This document shows positions 1 to 8,755 of a DNA stretch of 20,000 bases, piece by piece. Source of the stretch: Rhizaria sp. SCN 62-66 (lineage: Eukaryota); NCBI GenBank assembly GCA_001724265.1, contig MEDY01000044.1, positions 116,102 to 136,101 of the forward strand, given 5' to 3'. How positions within the stretch are numbered: position 1 is the first letter of the stretch; each line of letters begins with the position of its first letter. Position numbers and translations under genes: made by a program. The notes beneath the pieces were generated by a model. The model saw only the letters and a program-made list of their open reading frames with translations, was not told the origin of the DNA and searched no databases.

Positions 1-3000
1 TGACCGTGCCTGTAACTGCGACTGCCGCTGTGACGGAGGCCGACACGGTGCTCGACACCACCGCGGTCGCGAGCAATGCCGTGAACATTGGCTCCAGCGG
101 CATCTCGAGCGTGAACGCGAGCAACACCAACAGCAGGAGAGCGACCTCTCTCGACTACCACAACTCGAGCGCGAGCGCGAATGCCGGCTCCGCCTCGAGC
201 GCGAACGATAAGACGACTGCCGCGACTGCTGCTTCAAGTGCTGCCGCGAGCGCCCCCGCTGTGCCGACGTCGTCGCTGCTGCCCGGCCTGCTGGCGCTGA
301 CGCCGACGCTGTGCGAAATGGCGCGCACGCACGGTGGCTCACGCGCGCTGCAGACGATTCTGCACGACTGCGGCGCGCCCGCCGTGGACGCCCTGTTCCG
401 CGCACTCCTTCCGTCGTTCCCGGACACTGTGGCCAACGTCTTCGGTTCGTTCCTGGTGCAGAAGCTGGCCCCGCGCCTGACGCCGCGGCAGCGCCTGCTC
501 GCGATCATGACGCTGCACCAGCGGCTCACGGCGCTGGCGTGCGACCCGCAGGCCACGCGCGCCGTCCTGCGGCTCGTCGACACGGCCGCCACAGACTACG
601 AGCGCCTCGCCGTCGTGTGTGCGGTGCAGAAGTCGCCGCTGCCCGTCACGCTGCTTGCGCTCGCGGCGTTCGGCAACAGCCAACTCACTGCAATCGACGT
701 CGTGGCGCTGCTGACGAGCGAGACGTTTCTGTCGCTGTCGCCGCTCGATCAGAGGCTCATTGTGACCATTCTCGCACAGCTGCCCACGATCGCGGCGGCC
801 GGCACGGCCGCCAACGCCAGCGGTCACAGCAATGCCGTGGCAGCTGCTGACGACGACGATTCGACTCCCACTCTCGCCGCCCCGGCTCTGGCTCCTGCCG
901 CGAGCAGCAGCAGCAGCAGCACCGGCATCAGCAGCGTCGCGCTGGGCTCCGGCGCGTCGAGCCTGACCGTGGCCACGTTCGTGGCGGCGTCCTCGGCCGC
1001 GTCGTCGCCGCTGGTGCGCGAGGCGCTGGCGCAGATCGTGCCCGCGTGCCGCCGCCCCGACATCGAGGTGTGGATGCAGAAGCTTGAGCTCTCGCTGCGC
1101 AGCGACGCGCTGCCGATCGAGAAGAAGAAGCGCTCGCGGCGCAAGGCGGCCACGCGCGTCAAGGACCCCGTGCTGGGGCTGTGCACCGTGGCGGCCAACA
1201 TGGTCGTCCACGGCGTCGCCGCTGTGTGCAAGACCAGCACGCCCATCGGCACCGCGCTCTGGAGCCCCAAATCAAACGTCAACAGCAGCGGCGTCGCCAC
1301 TACTGCGTCTGCTCCTGCTGTAGCAAGCGAGAGCACTGCTGCCGCTGCAGCTCCTGGCTCTGCTGCTGCCGCTGCGGGCGCGAGTGCTGTGCTTGCGTCG
1401 TCTCCTGGCCGCGTCCGCTCGCCCTCGTTCACCGGCGCGCGCCCGCCCACGCCGCGCTCGCCGCCGCTGCAGGCCAATGCCCTCTGCGCGAGCCCGCTGT
1501 TGACGGCGCGCACCGTTACTGGGGGCGCGTCGGCCGAGTCGCCGCCGCAGCGCCCGTCCTCGGCCAACCCCAACAACGCCACGGGCGCGACTCCGCGGAC
1601 CGCCGCCGCTGCCGCCGCTGCTGCTGGGGCTGCTTCTCCGGGAGGCTTCGTGCTGCCGCCGCCGCCCGCGGGCGCGCTGTTTGCGGGCGCGTGCTTGGGC
1701 ACTGACAGCGTCTACGCGGGCATTATGCTCGCGCCCGCCGCGACGCCGCCGCTCTTGAGCCTGAGCCCTGTCGCCGCCACGTCTGCGACGGCGCTTACGG
1801 TCAGCAGCTCGCCACGGGTTGCTCGCGCGATTATCGCCACCACCGCGGTCACGAGTGCGAGTAATAGCAATAGTGGCAGCAACACTGCCGCTAGTGAAGT
1901 GGCCGATGTCCCCGTTGCTTCTACAGCTGCCGCTGCTACTGCGACGGCGGCGGCAGCAGCGGCTGCAGCTGGCAAGTACCCCTGCTACCCCGAGCACGCC
2001 ATCGCGTCCCTCGTCACGGGCCTGATCCCGCCGACGTCTTTCCCCGTCACCGACACACTCATCACCATGGTCCTCGTCTCGGCGCTGTCCTCGCCGCCGC
2101 TCTGCCTGCTCCCGCCCGCGGCGCAGCAGCACTCGCCCAACAGCAGCAGCAACAGCGTCGGCAGCGGCAGCGAGGGTAACGCCTCTGCTGCGGCCGCTAC
2201 AGCTGCGGCGGCTGCGACCGCGGCGGCGGCGGCGCTGTCATTCTCGTCGTCGTCGTCGTCGCTGGCGGCGTCGTCGGTGACCGTGGCCATGGTGGCCGCG
2301 TTCGCCGAGGCCGCGGCGCTGCTGGTCGAGACCACGGGCGGGTACCTGCCGATCTCGAACCCCATCTCCATCCCCCCGGCGCCGCTGCCCCAGTCGCAGT
2401 TACCGCAGTCGCTCTTGCAGCCGCAGTCGCAGGGACTTGGGCTCGGTGAGCCAACGTCGCTGGTGTTGGCGCAGACGCTGTCGCAAACGCTGTCCCAGGG
2501 CGCGGCCTCGCTGCCGTCGCCGCTGCCGCCGCCCACGGTCACGCTGAGCCGGAGCGCACACACGGGCTCCCCAGTCGCCGCCAGCGACGGCAATTCCGCT
2601 CACGCTAGTCTTAACAGCACTGCGGGCGCTCTCGTTCCCGTCGCCACGGCCGTCGTCGACGCCTTGGGGGCCGGGAACGCTGGCGTTGTGTTGACGAGCG
2701 ACGACGCTGATGTCACCGCGAACGATGGCTCAGTGCTTGAGTCGTCCTTCACCTCCACCGCGCTGACAGCGACGCCGGCAGTCCCCGCCCCGGATCCTGT
2801 CGCTGCTCCCATGATGGTCATCGATCCGGCGCCCGCCGTGGCGTCCCGCGCGCGCTCGCTCAGCCTCACCGCGGCGCCCGCCCGCAGCAACAGCAACGGC
2901 GCTACGCTCAATACTGCATGTAGTGAAGTCTACGGCGGCAGCTCTGTCTTCGGCCCGATGTCGTACGACCCTTACGACACGGTGGAGTTCTGCCGCCTGA

Positions 3001-6000
3001 TCGTGGCCACGGCGCCTTGCCCGGGCTTCTTGAGCCTCATGGCCGACCCGCACGGTTGGCACGTCTTCTTCTCGCTCCTGGACCGGCTGTGCCCGTTCCT
3101 GCTCCGCGGCTCGCTGCTCTTCCCCTCGCTCTTCCACGCCACGCTCCCGATCGGGCTCGACCGCTACGGCGTCGTGCTGGCCAAGCGCGTGCTCTCGCTC
3201 GCCGGCCCGCGCGTCTTTACGCTGCTCGCCTCGCGCGTCGCGGCCTGCGCGGCGGAGCTCGTCGACCACCAGTTCGGCAACTACCTGCTCCAGTTCGTCG
3301 TCACCGCCGCCGGGGAAAACGAGCAGCTGCAGACGCAGCAACAGCAGCAGCAAGCGGCCGCGACTGCGAACGCCAGCGCGACTGGCGCAGCTGCCACGGA
3401 GGCCGTCGAGCCTGTGGCTGTTTCTGCGGGCGCGAGCGCGAACACTGGCGCGAACGGCGGGCTGCCGCCCGTGTCGCGCCGCTCTAGCATGCGCGCGAGT
3501 GTCAGTGCTGGGACGGCCAACGTGAGCGCTCTCTCCGCCTCCGCCTCCGCCTCCACCTCCGGCTCCGGCTCGACCCCGATTGCGGGCTCGCCCGCGCGGG
3601 GAGAAGGCGCGACCCGCTCGATCGCCCCTGCAGGCGACGCCGCTGCTGCCGGCGCGTCGCCGCCGACTCCGACCGCAACGCTCTTGAGCGCCGCGAGCGT
3701 GAGCGCCAACTCGGGGAGCGGCTTCGGGAGTCACGGCGGCCGCAAGCGCGTTTTGATTAACAACGCTGCTGCCGCTGTTCCTGCTGCTGCCGCTCACGCT
3801 GAGGCTGCTAACAGTGCGGCATGTCCATTCACGTTTGCGATCCAGCATCCGATGAACCTCATTCATCCTCACAACCCCGAGACGAGCGGCGGCAATAGCA
3901 ACATCGCCAACGTCGGCTCCACTCCCACCCTGGCAACCAGCGCCAGCAACAGCAACAGCAATACCTCGACCGCAACCACGCCTGCAACTGCGAGTAATGT
4001 CAGCGCTGCTCCCGTGCTGTTGTCACCCACTGCGCTTGCGCTGCGCTCCGAGTGCCTGTACCGCGTCAACGACTTTCTCTACTCGTCGCTGCGCGGCTCG
4101 TTCCTGCCGCTCTCGCGCCTCCGCTTCGCCGTCAACGTCGTCGAGCGCATTCTCCGTGCCGGCTCGCTGCCGCTGCGCGCCGCCGTGGTCACCGAGTTCA
4201 TCGCGTCGCCGCTGACGCACACCGAGCTTATCACGCACCCCACGGCCGCGTTCGCCGTGCAGCACGTCTTCGCCGCCGCCACGCCCGCCGCGGCCGCCGT
4301 GCTCGCCGGCCGCGTGCTTCTATCGCTGCACGCGCTGCCGCGGCCGCTGCGTAAGCGCTGGGCCAAGCTCATCCTCGAAGCCAAGAACAAGGTGAAGCTG
4401 CCGCAGGTCATCGTCAGCGAGCTCGAGTCCTTCGCTGGCGGCCCTAACAGCAGCAACAGCAGCAGTGGCACTGGAGCGGCCAGTGACCAAGCTCAAGCTC
4501 ATGGCCACAGGAACAGCGTCGGCAGCGTCGGCGGCCAGGGGGGCGTTGAGTCGCCTTCTCTTACGCCGGCGCCCACGCCTGCGCTGCCAAACACCAGCCT
4601 TATGCTGCTGTCCAACTCGAACTCGAGCAACAGCAACGGGAACACGAACGGCGCTAGCAGCGGCACGTTGAGTGAGACTGCGTTGGCCGCGGCAGCGCTG
4701 ATGGCGTCTGCGGGCGGCTTGTTCACGTCGTTCCCCAACACAAACCACAGCAACCCACGGGGAAGCGCGAGCAACACTTGCAGCGCCCACGGCCACGCTC
4801 ATGGACACGGACACGGCTACAATGCGCACAACCACGGCTCTGATCAGCAACAGTACGACTATCACAATGCTGTTTCCGGCCATGACAACGACACGGTCAC
4901 GACTCTCTTGCCTCACGGACAGCAGCAGCGGCAGCAGCAGCAACAACAGCAGAAGCCCGGCTCCCGGCCCGGCTCCGGCGCGCGCTACCGCACGCAGACG
5001 CCCGCGCTCCCCGCCAGCATGATGGGCAACAACGCCAACGTCGCCTCGTCGCCGCTGCTCGCCAACACCACCGTGGTCTCGAACGCGGGCTCAACCCTCC
5101 GCAGCAGCTCCTCGTTCGGTGCCAGCGCCAACTCGCTCTCTGGACCCGGCGCCAGTGCTGGTGGTGTTCCGATGCTGAACGCTGCGCCGGCGACTGCGGT
5201 GTCGCCGCTGCTTGGCGCGCTGCCCTTCATGGGCTCAATGCCCTTGCCCATGCTCACGCCCACGCCGGGCCTCAGCAGCGGCGCGAGCGCGAACTCCGGC
5301 ATGAACTCGAGCACGAGCTACGGGCAGGGACTTGGCCTGGGGCTGGAGACGCTCTCGCTCTCGCTGTCCCCCGTCTCACACACGCAGACCACCTTCGCCA
5401 GCAACAGCGTTAATAACACTGGGAACACTGGGATGAGTGGCACTGGGGGCGCTGGTGCGCTGAGCGTCGGGACCTCGGCTGCTGCGCTTGCGGCCGCTGC
5501 GATGGCTGCTGCCACGGCCTACACCAATAGCGCTAACACCAGCAGTAATAGCAACAACAACGGCACGCTGATGCCGCTTACCTCGCCCTCTGTCTCCACG
5601 ACTACGACGTCGAGTACGGGCCTGCACAGCCACAGCACCGCTGGCTCTGCTCTTGTGTCGCCCACAGGCAGCGCGGCCGCCAACGATTCCGCTGCTGCGG
5701 CAGCGGCGGCGCGGGGCGCGGGGCTGCAGCAGCAGCAGGCGCAGCTGTTGGCGCAGCTGCAGCAACTGCAGCTGCTGAGTGCTCCTGGTAGTGTTGATCC
5801 GAACAACCGTAACAATTCGAACAACATGCAAGTGCAGTTGCAGCAGTTGCAGGTGTTGCTGAAGCAGCAACAGCAGCAGCAGCTCCAGTTCCAGCAACAG
5901 CAGCCAGTTGCGCAACCGCAGTTGCAGCAGACGGAGCTCTTGTTCCAGTTGCAGCAGCAACAGCAAAAAACTCTGCAACTCCTGCTAGCTACTCTCCAAC

Positions 6001-6665
6001 AGCAGCAGAATCAGCCTCAGGCGCAGCAACAACAGCAGCATACGCCTTCATACCCGCACGGTCACTCTTTAGTTCACAGTCACAGTCTTGGCAATAACGC
6101 GATTCTGCAGAATCACGGTCTGCTGCCGACTCATAGTCTCACTCAAAGCCTGACTCAGAGCCTGACTCAGAGTCTGACTCCTAGCCACGCACAGCTCCAG
6201 CAGCAGCCTCCGCAGCTGGTTGTCTCAACCTCCCTGCCCTTTGGCTACGGTGTTGGTGCATCTCTCGCTCCCACGCCATCTCAACACTCGCAGACACAGC
6301 AACAGCCGCAGCAGCAGCAAGGGAACACCAACGGTGCGTACTACGGTGGCGTCAGCGGAGGATTCCCTCTTCCGACGCAAGCGGCGCAGCAAGCCTACTC
6401 GCTCTACGGTCCGAACGCGAATAGCAGTGCAACCCATGTGCAGTCTCAATCGCCGCAGCAGTGGCGGACTCCAATCTCCGCATCCTCGTCTGTCGCTGGC
6501 TCCCCTGCTCACCCCGGGACTGCGAACAACGCTAACAACACTAGCAACAGTATGAGTGCGAACGCGCATACAAACAACTTGTTATATACGCAGCAGCAGC
6601 AAATTAATATGTTGCAAGCGCAGCTAGCGGCACTTCAACAAAACAACAACAAGGGCAACAACTAA
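1..6665 (+). CDS. Pumilio/PUF-family RNA-binding protein, divergent and very long (5' end outside the window)
   Basis: Stop-free frame from the window edge (the ORF-track start at 6 is GTG) to TAA at 6663-6665. Eight PUF-like repeat cores in order: R1 MARTHGGSRALQ (~318), R2 VANVFGSFLVQK (~429), R3 LACDPQATRAVL (~534), R4 LMADPHGWHVFF (~3036), R5 IGLDRYGVVLAK (~3150), R6 LVDHQFGNYLLQ (~3258), R7 LSRLRFAVNVVE (~4110), R8 LITHPTAAFAVQ (~4227). R6 and R7 match the consensus D.FGNY..Q and LS..KF.SNVVE well. Basic NLS-like KKKRSRRK at ~1122-1145. Confidence 0.85.
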   Translation, partial: TVPVTATAAVTEADTVLDTTAVASNAVNIGSSGISSVNASNTNSRRATSLDYHNSSASANAGSASSANDKTTAATAASSAAASAPAVPTSSLLPGLLALTPTLCEMARTHGGSRALQTILHDCGAPAVDALFRALLPSFPDTVANVFGSFLVQKLAPRLTPRQRLLAIMTLHQRLTALACDPQATRAVLRLVDTAATDYERLAVVCAVQKSPLPVTLLALAAFGNSQLTAIDVVALLTSETFLSLSPLDQRLIVTILAQLPTIAAAGTAANASGHSNAVAAADDDDSTPTLAAPALAPAASSSSSSTGISSVALGSGASSLTVATFVAASSAASSPLVREALAQIVPACRRPDIEVWMQKLELSLRSDALPIEKKKRSRRKAATRVKDPVLGLCTVAANMVVHGVAAVCKTSTPIGTALWSPKSNVNSSGVATTASAPAVASESTAAAAAPGSAAAAAGASAVLASSPGRVRSPSFTGARPPTPRSPPLQANALCASPLLTARTVTGGASAESPPQRPSSANPNNATGATPRTAAAAAAAAGAASPGGFVLPPPPAGALFAGACLGTDSVYAGIMLAPAATPPLLSLSPVAATSATALTVSSSPRVARAIIATTAVTSASNSNSGSNTAASEVADVPVASTAAAATATAAAAAAAAGKYPCYPEHAIASLVTGLIPPTSFPVTDTLITMVLVSALSSPPLCLLPPAAQQHSPNSSSNSVGSGSEGNASAAAATAAAAATAAAAALSFSSSSSSLAASSVTVAMVAAFAEAAALLVETTGGYLPISNPISIPPAPLPQSQLPQSLLQPQSQGLGLGEPTSLVLAQTLSQTLSQGAASLPSPLPPPTVTLSRSAHTGSPVAASDGNSAHASLNSTAGALVPVATAVVDALGAGNAGVVLTSDDADVTANDGSVLESSFTSTALTATPAVPAPDPVAAPMMVIDPAPAVASRARSLSLTAAPARSNSNGATLNTACSEVYGGSSVFGPMSYDPYDTVEFCRLIVATAPCPGFLSLMADPHGWHVFFSLLDRLCPFLLRGSLLFPSLFHATLPIGLDRYGVVLAKRVLSLAGPRVFTLLASRVAACAAELVDHQFGNYLLQFVVTAAGENEQLQTQQQQQQAAATANASATGAAATEAVEPVAVSAGASANTGANGGLPPVSRRSSMRASVSAGTANVSALSASASASTSGSGSTPIAGSPARGEGATRSIAPAGDAAAAGASPPTPTATLLSAASVSANSGSGFGSHGGRKRVLINNAAAAVPAAAAHAEAANSAACPFTFAIQHPMNLIHPHNPETSGGNSNIANVGSTPTLATSASNSNSNTSTATTPATASNVSAAPVLLSPTALALRSECLYRVNDFLYSSLRGSFLPLSRLRFAVNVVERILRAGSLPLRAAVVTEFIASPLTHTELITHPTAAFAVQHVFAAATPAAAAVLAGRVLLSLHALPRPLRKRWAKLILEAKNKVKLPQVIVSELESFAGGPNSSNSSSGTGAASDQAQAHGHRNSVGSVGGQGGVESPSLTPAPTPALPNTSLMLLSNSNSSNSNGNTNGASSGTLSETALAAAALMASAGGLFTSFPNTNHSNPRGSASNTCSAHGHAHGHGHGYNAHNHGSDQQQYDYHNAVSGHDNDTVTTLLPHGQQQRQQQQQQQKPGSRPGSGARYRTQTPALPASMMGNNANVASSPLLANTTVVSNAGSTLRSSSSFGASANSLSGPGASAGGVPMLNAAPATAVSPLLGALPFMGSMPLPMLTPTPGLSSGASANSGMNSSTSYGQGLGLGLETLSLSLSPVSHTQTTFASNSVNNTGNTGMSGTGGAGALSVGTSAAALAAAAMAAATAYTNSANTSSNSNNNGTLMPLTSPSVSTTTTSSTGLHSHSTAGSALVSPTGSAAANDSAAAAAAARGAGLQQQQAQLLAQLQQLQLLSAPGSVDPNNRNNSNNMQVQLQQLQVLLKQQQQQQLQFQQQQPVAQPQLQQTELLFQLQQQQQKTLQLLLATLQQQQNQPQAQQQQQHTPSYPHGHSLVHSHSLGNNAILQNHGLLPTHSLTQSLTQSLTQSLTPSHAQLQQQPPQLVVSTSLPFGYGVGASLAPTPSQHSQTQQQPQQQQGNTNGAYYGGVSGGFPLPTQAAQQAYSLYGPNANSSATHVQSQSPQQWRTPISASSSVAGSPAHPGTANNANNTSNSMSANAHTNNLLYTQQQQINMLQAQLAALQQNNNKGNN
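5726..6660 (+). repeat. Coding CAG/CAA (polyQ) and AAC (Asn) low-complexity tract in the PUF C-terminal tail, including a 12-bp tandem repeat (TQSL) at ~6129-6185
   Basis: Many CAG/CAA runs; ACTCATAGTCTC ACTCAAAGCCTG ACTCAGAGCCTG ACTCAGAGTCTG is directly visible. Confidence 0.85.
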
Positions 6666-8755
6666 GAACCTGACGAGCTCTAGTTCTGTTTCAATGCCGC
6701 ATTGTGGAACGTGAATAACGCTGCGTCCAATCCAAAAATTGTTTACCCTACTTGACGGTTCGTCGAGCGCAAGGACCACACATACTTGCACTCCCTCTCA
6801 AGCAACGAAGGCACAAAAACATTGATGCATGCATGCAAAGGTACAGCGTGTGTTGTGTTTTTGTTTCATCTTCGGACCAGAACAATTCGCGAGTAATGTT
6901 TTTTCTCTAAGAACAAAATTCCTGACTAACAAAACTGCAAAAATCAATAACAACGACATGAAGTTCGACTTGAGTGTTCAGAGAGACATCGACATAGTAT
7001 TTACATCAGGTAAGTGCTTCCCGATGCCGCTGGACGCTATCTAACTTACGTAGCAACTGCATGCGCGTGCTTGTCACTCCTTAGAGTAGCTGCACACGTC
7101 CTTTAACTTTGCTGAGACAAACAACAAGCTTTAAAAATGCTTTAAAATGTGTTTTACCAATGATCATTTTTTCACATCAATAGCTCAGAGTCGCAACAAC
7201 TAATGACACCTCAATTTTGACATGGTCATGACTGCTTTTGGCAAATTACCACGACTATTGTTGATGTGTATGGCTGGTTGCTGCTTTCTACATCACTGCG
7301 TATGTACATGTATGTTAAAATAAGTGTTTAATGTTGCTGCTCTCCCCGAAATGTATACCTCAGTCTCTTCTTAGCCTCTCGTTGTTTAACTGCTAGCTTG
7401 TATCTTTGCGTTTTACGCTATAATTCTTTTATCATCTTTATCTTTGTGTGTTCTCGTTGTCGTCATTGTCTGTTTTGCTCGCGTTTCTTCACTCAATCCT
7501 TTTCGTATTTTTGAGCTCGTACATGTTTCTTCCTCGCTTCGTTATTAACATCTTCCGAGTAGTGTTACCTGTCTTTTAGTTTATGTCTTTCATTTTGTGT
7601 CGCAAACTCTTCACACCTAACAAAATTTATCACATCAATTATATCCATTCCAAAACCATCGCAGTCACCTTATCCTGTATCTTATTTTTACTTGTGCGTC
7701 TGTGCATGCATGCATACATGCGTGTTATGTTGGATATGTAATATGTGAGTGTGGAATGTTGTGACTTTGTCTCACGACTTCACCCACGAGCACAGCTATA
7801 GCTGACTCTCGTTCTGGAGTTCTGGATTTGTTCATTAGTTTCCTTTTGTATGTCTCGTGTGATTTATATATCTGTTGTCCCTTTTATCTTTCGCTTAACA
7901 TCGCCAGCATCAATCGTTGCTTCACTACTAAAAACTGTACATCATCTCTTTCTTATTCGAACATATCCGATCTTAATACTAGACACGTATCTATCATCTA
8001 CTTTATATTGAGACAAGTCGACAATGGCAACACGACGCATCTCTTTCGTCGTTTATGCAAGCATCATTGCGACAACTTTCGCAAACGTGTGTTGTCACTT
8101 GAGCTATGCGCGCGCGTGGTTCGAATCTTCTTTCTCGCTATCTTTCGTGCAAGTGTCTCTTGTTTAGTGCGTTTAGTGCGTTGGACTCTGTATTCTTGCC
8201 TTTGCTTCTCCAAGCTGCAAGGCGATAAAACTAGTAGTGGTGGTAATGTTAGCCTTGTTGCTGCATACCTCTGTCTTTATGTGTATCTTTCCCACCTTTA
8301 TCTACCTTTTCCTTATGCTAATACTTTAACCGTGCTCGCACTCTCAATATGTCTGATGTGATCAACTGCACGAAATCAAATGACGACACAATACAAACTT
8401 ATATCTCAATCAACTTATTCTTAACAAACTCCGCAACATATCATGTGATATTTTCCCACCATTACGGTCAGAAATCCGTCACACAGTGTCACGAGTGACA
8501 ATCTGGCTTTGTTGCTGCTGCTCACATTCACAATCCTCGATCACTTGATTTTCAGGAAATCTATCGTAAATATGTTTCGTGAACAATTTGTCCATATTTT
8601 CTTGTTGTATTTTAGATTAAATATTTTTGTCACGTGAATGGAAGTCGATGATTTAGTGAGACATCTTGCATTAACATCAGTCACGTCCAGTACGTTCTCA
8701 CAACGTGTGCGTTCACTCATATCTTACCTTGATTCGCAGTTGGGTAGATATAAAG

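Noticed and set aside
640..3000. Large in-frame inserts as inteins or mobile elements
   Set aside because: No intein splice-junction residues (C/S...HN-C/S/T), homing endonuclease, transposase or RT motifs, and no terminal repeats seen.
7828..8361. 177-aa ORF in the AT-rich spacer
   Set aside because: TTG start, AT-rich composition and codon usage unlike the real genes, no motif.
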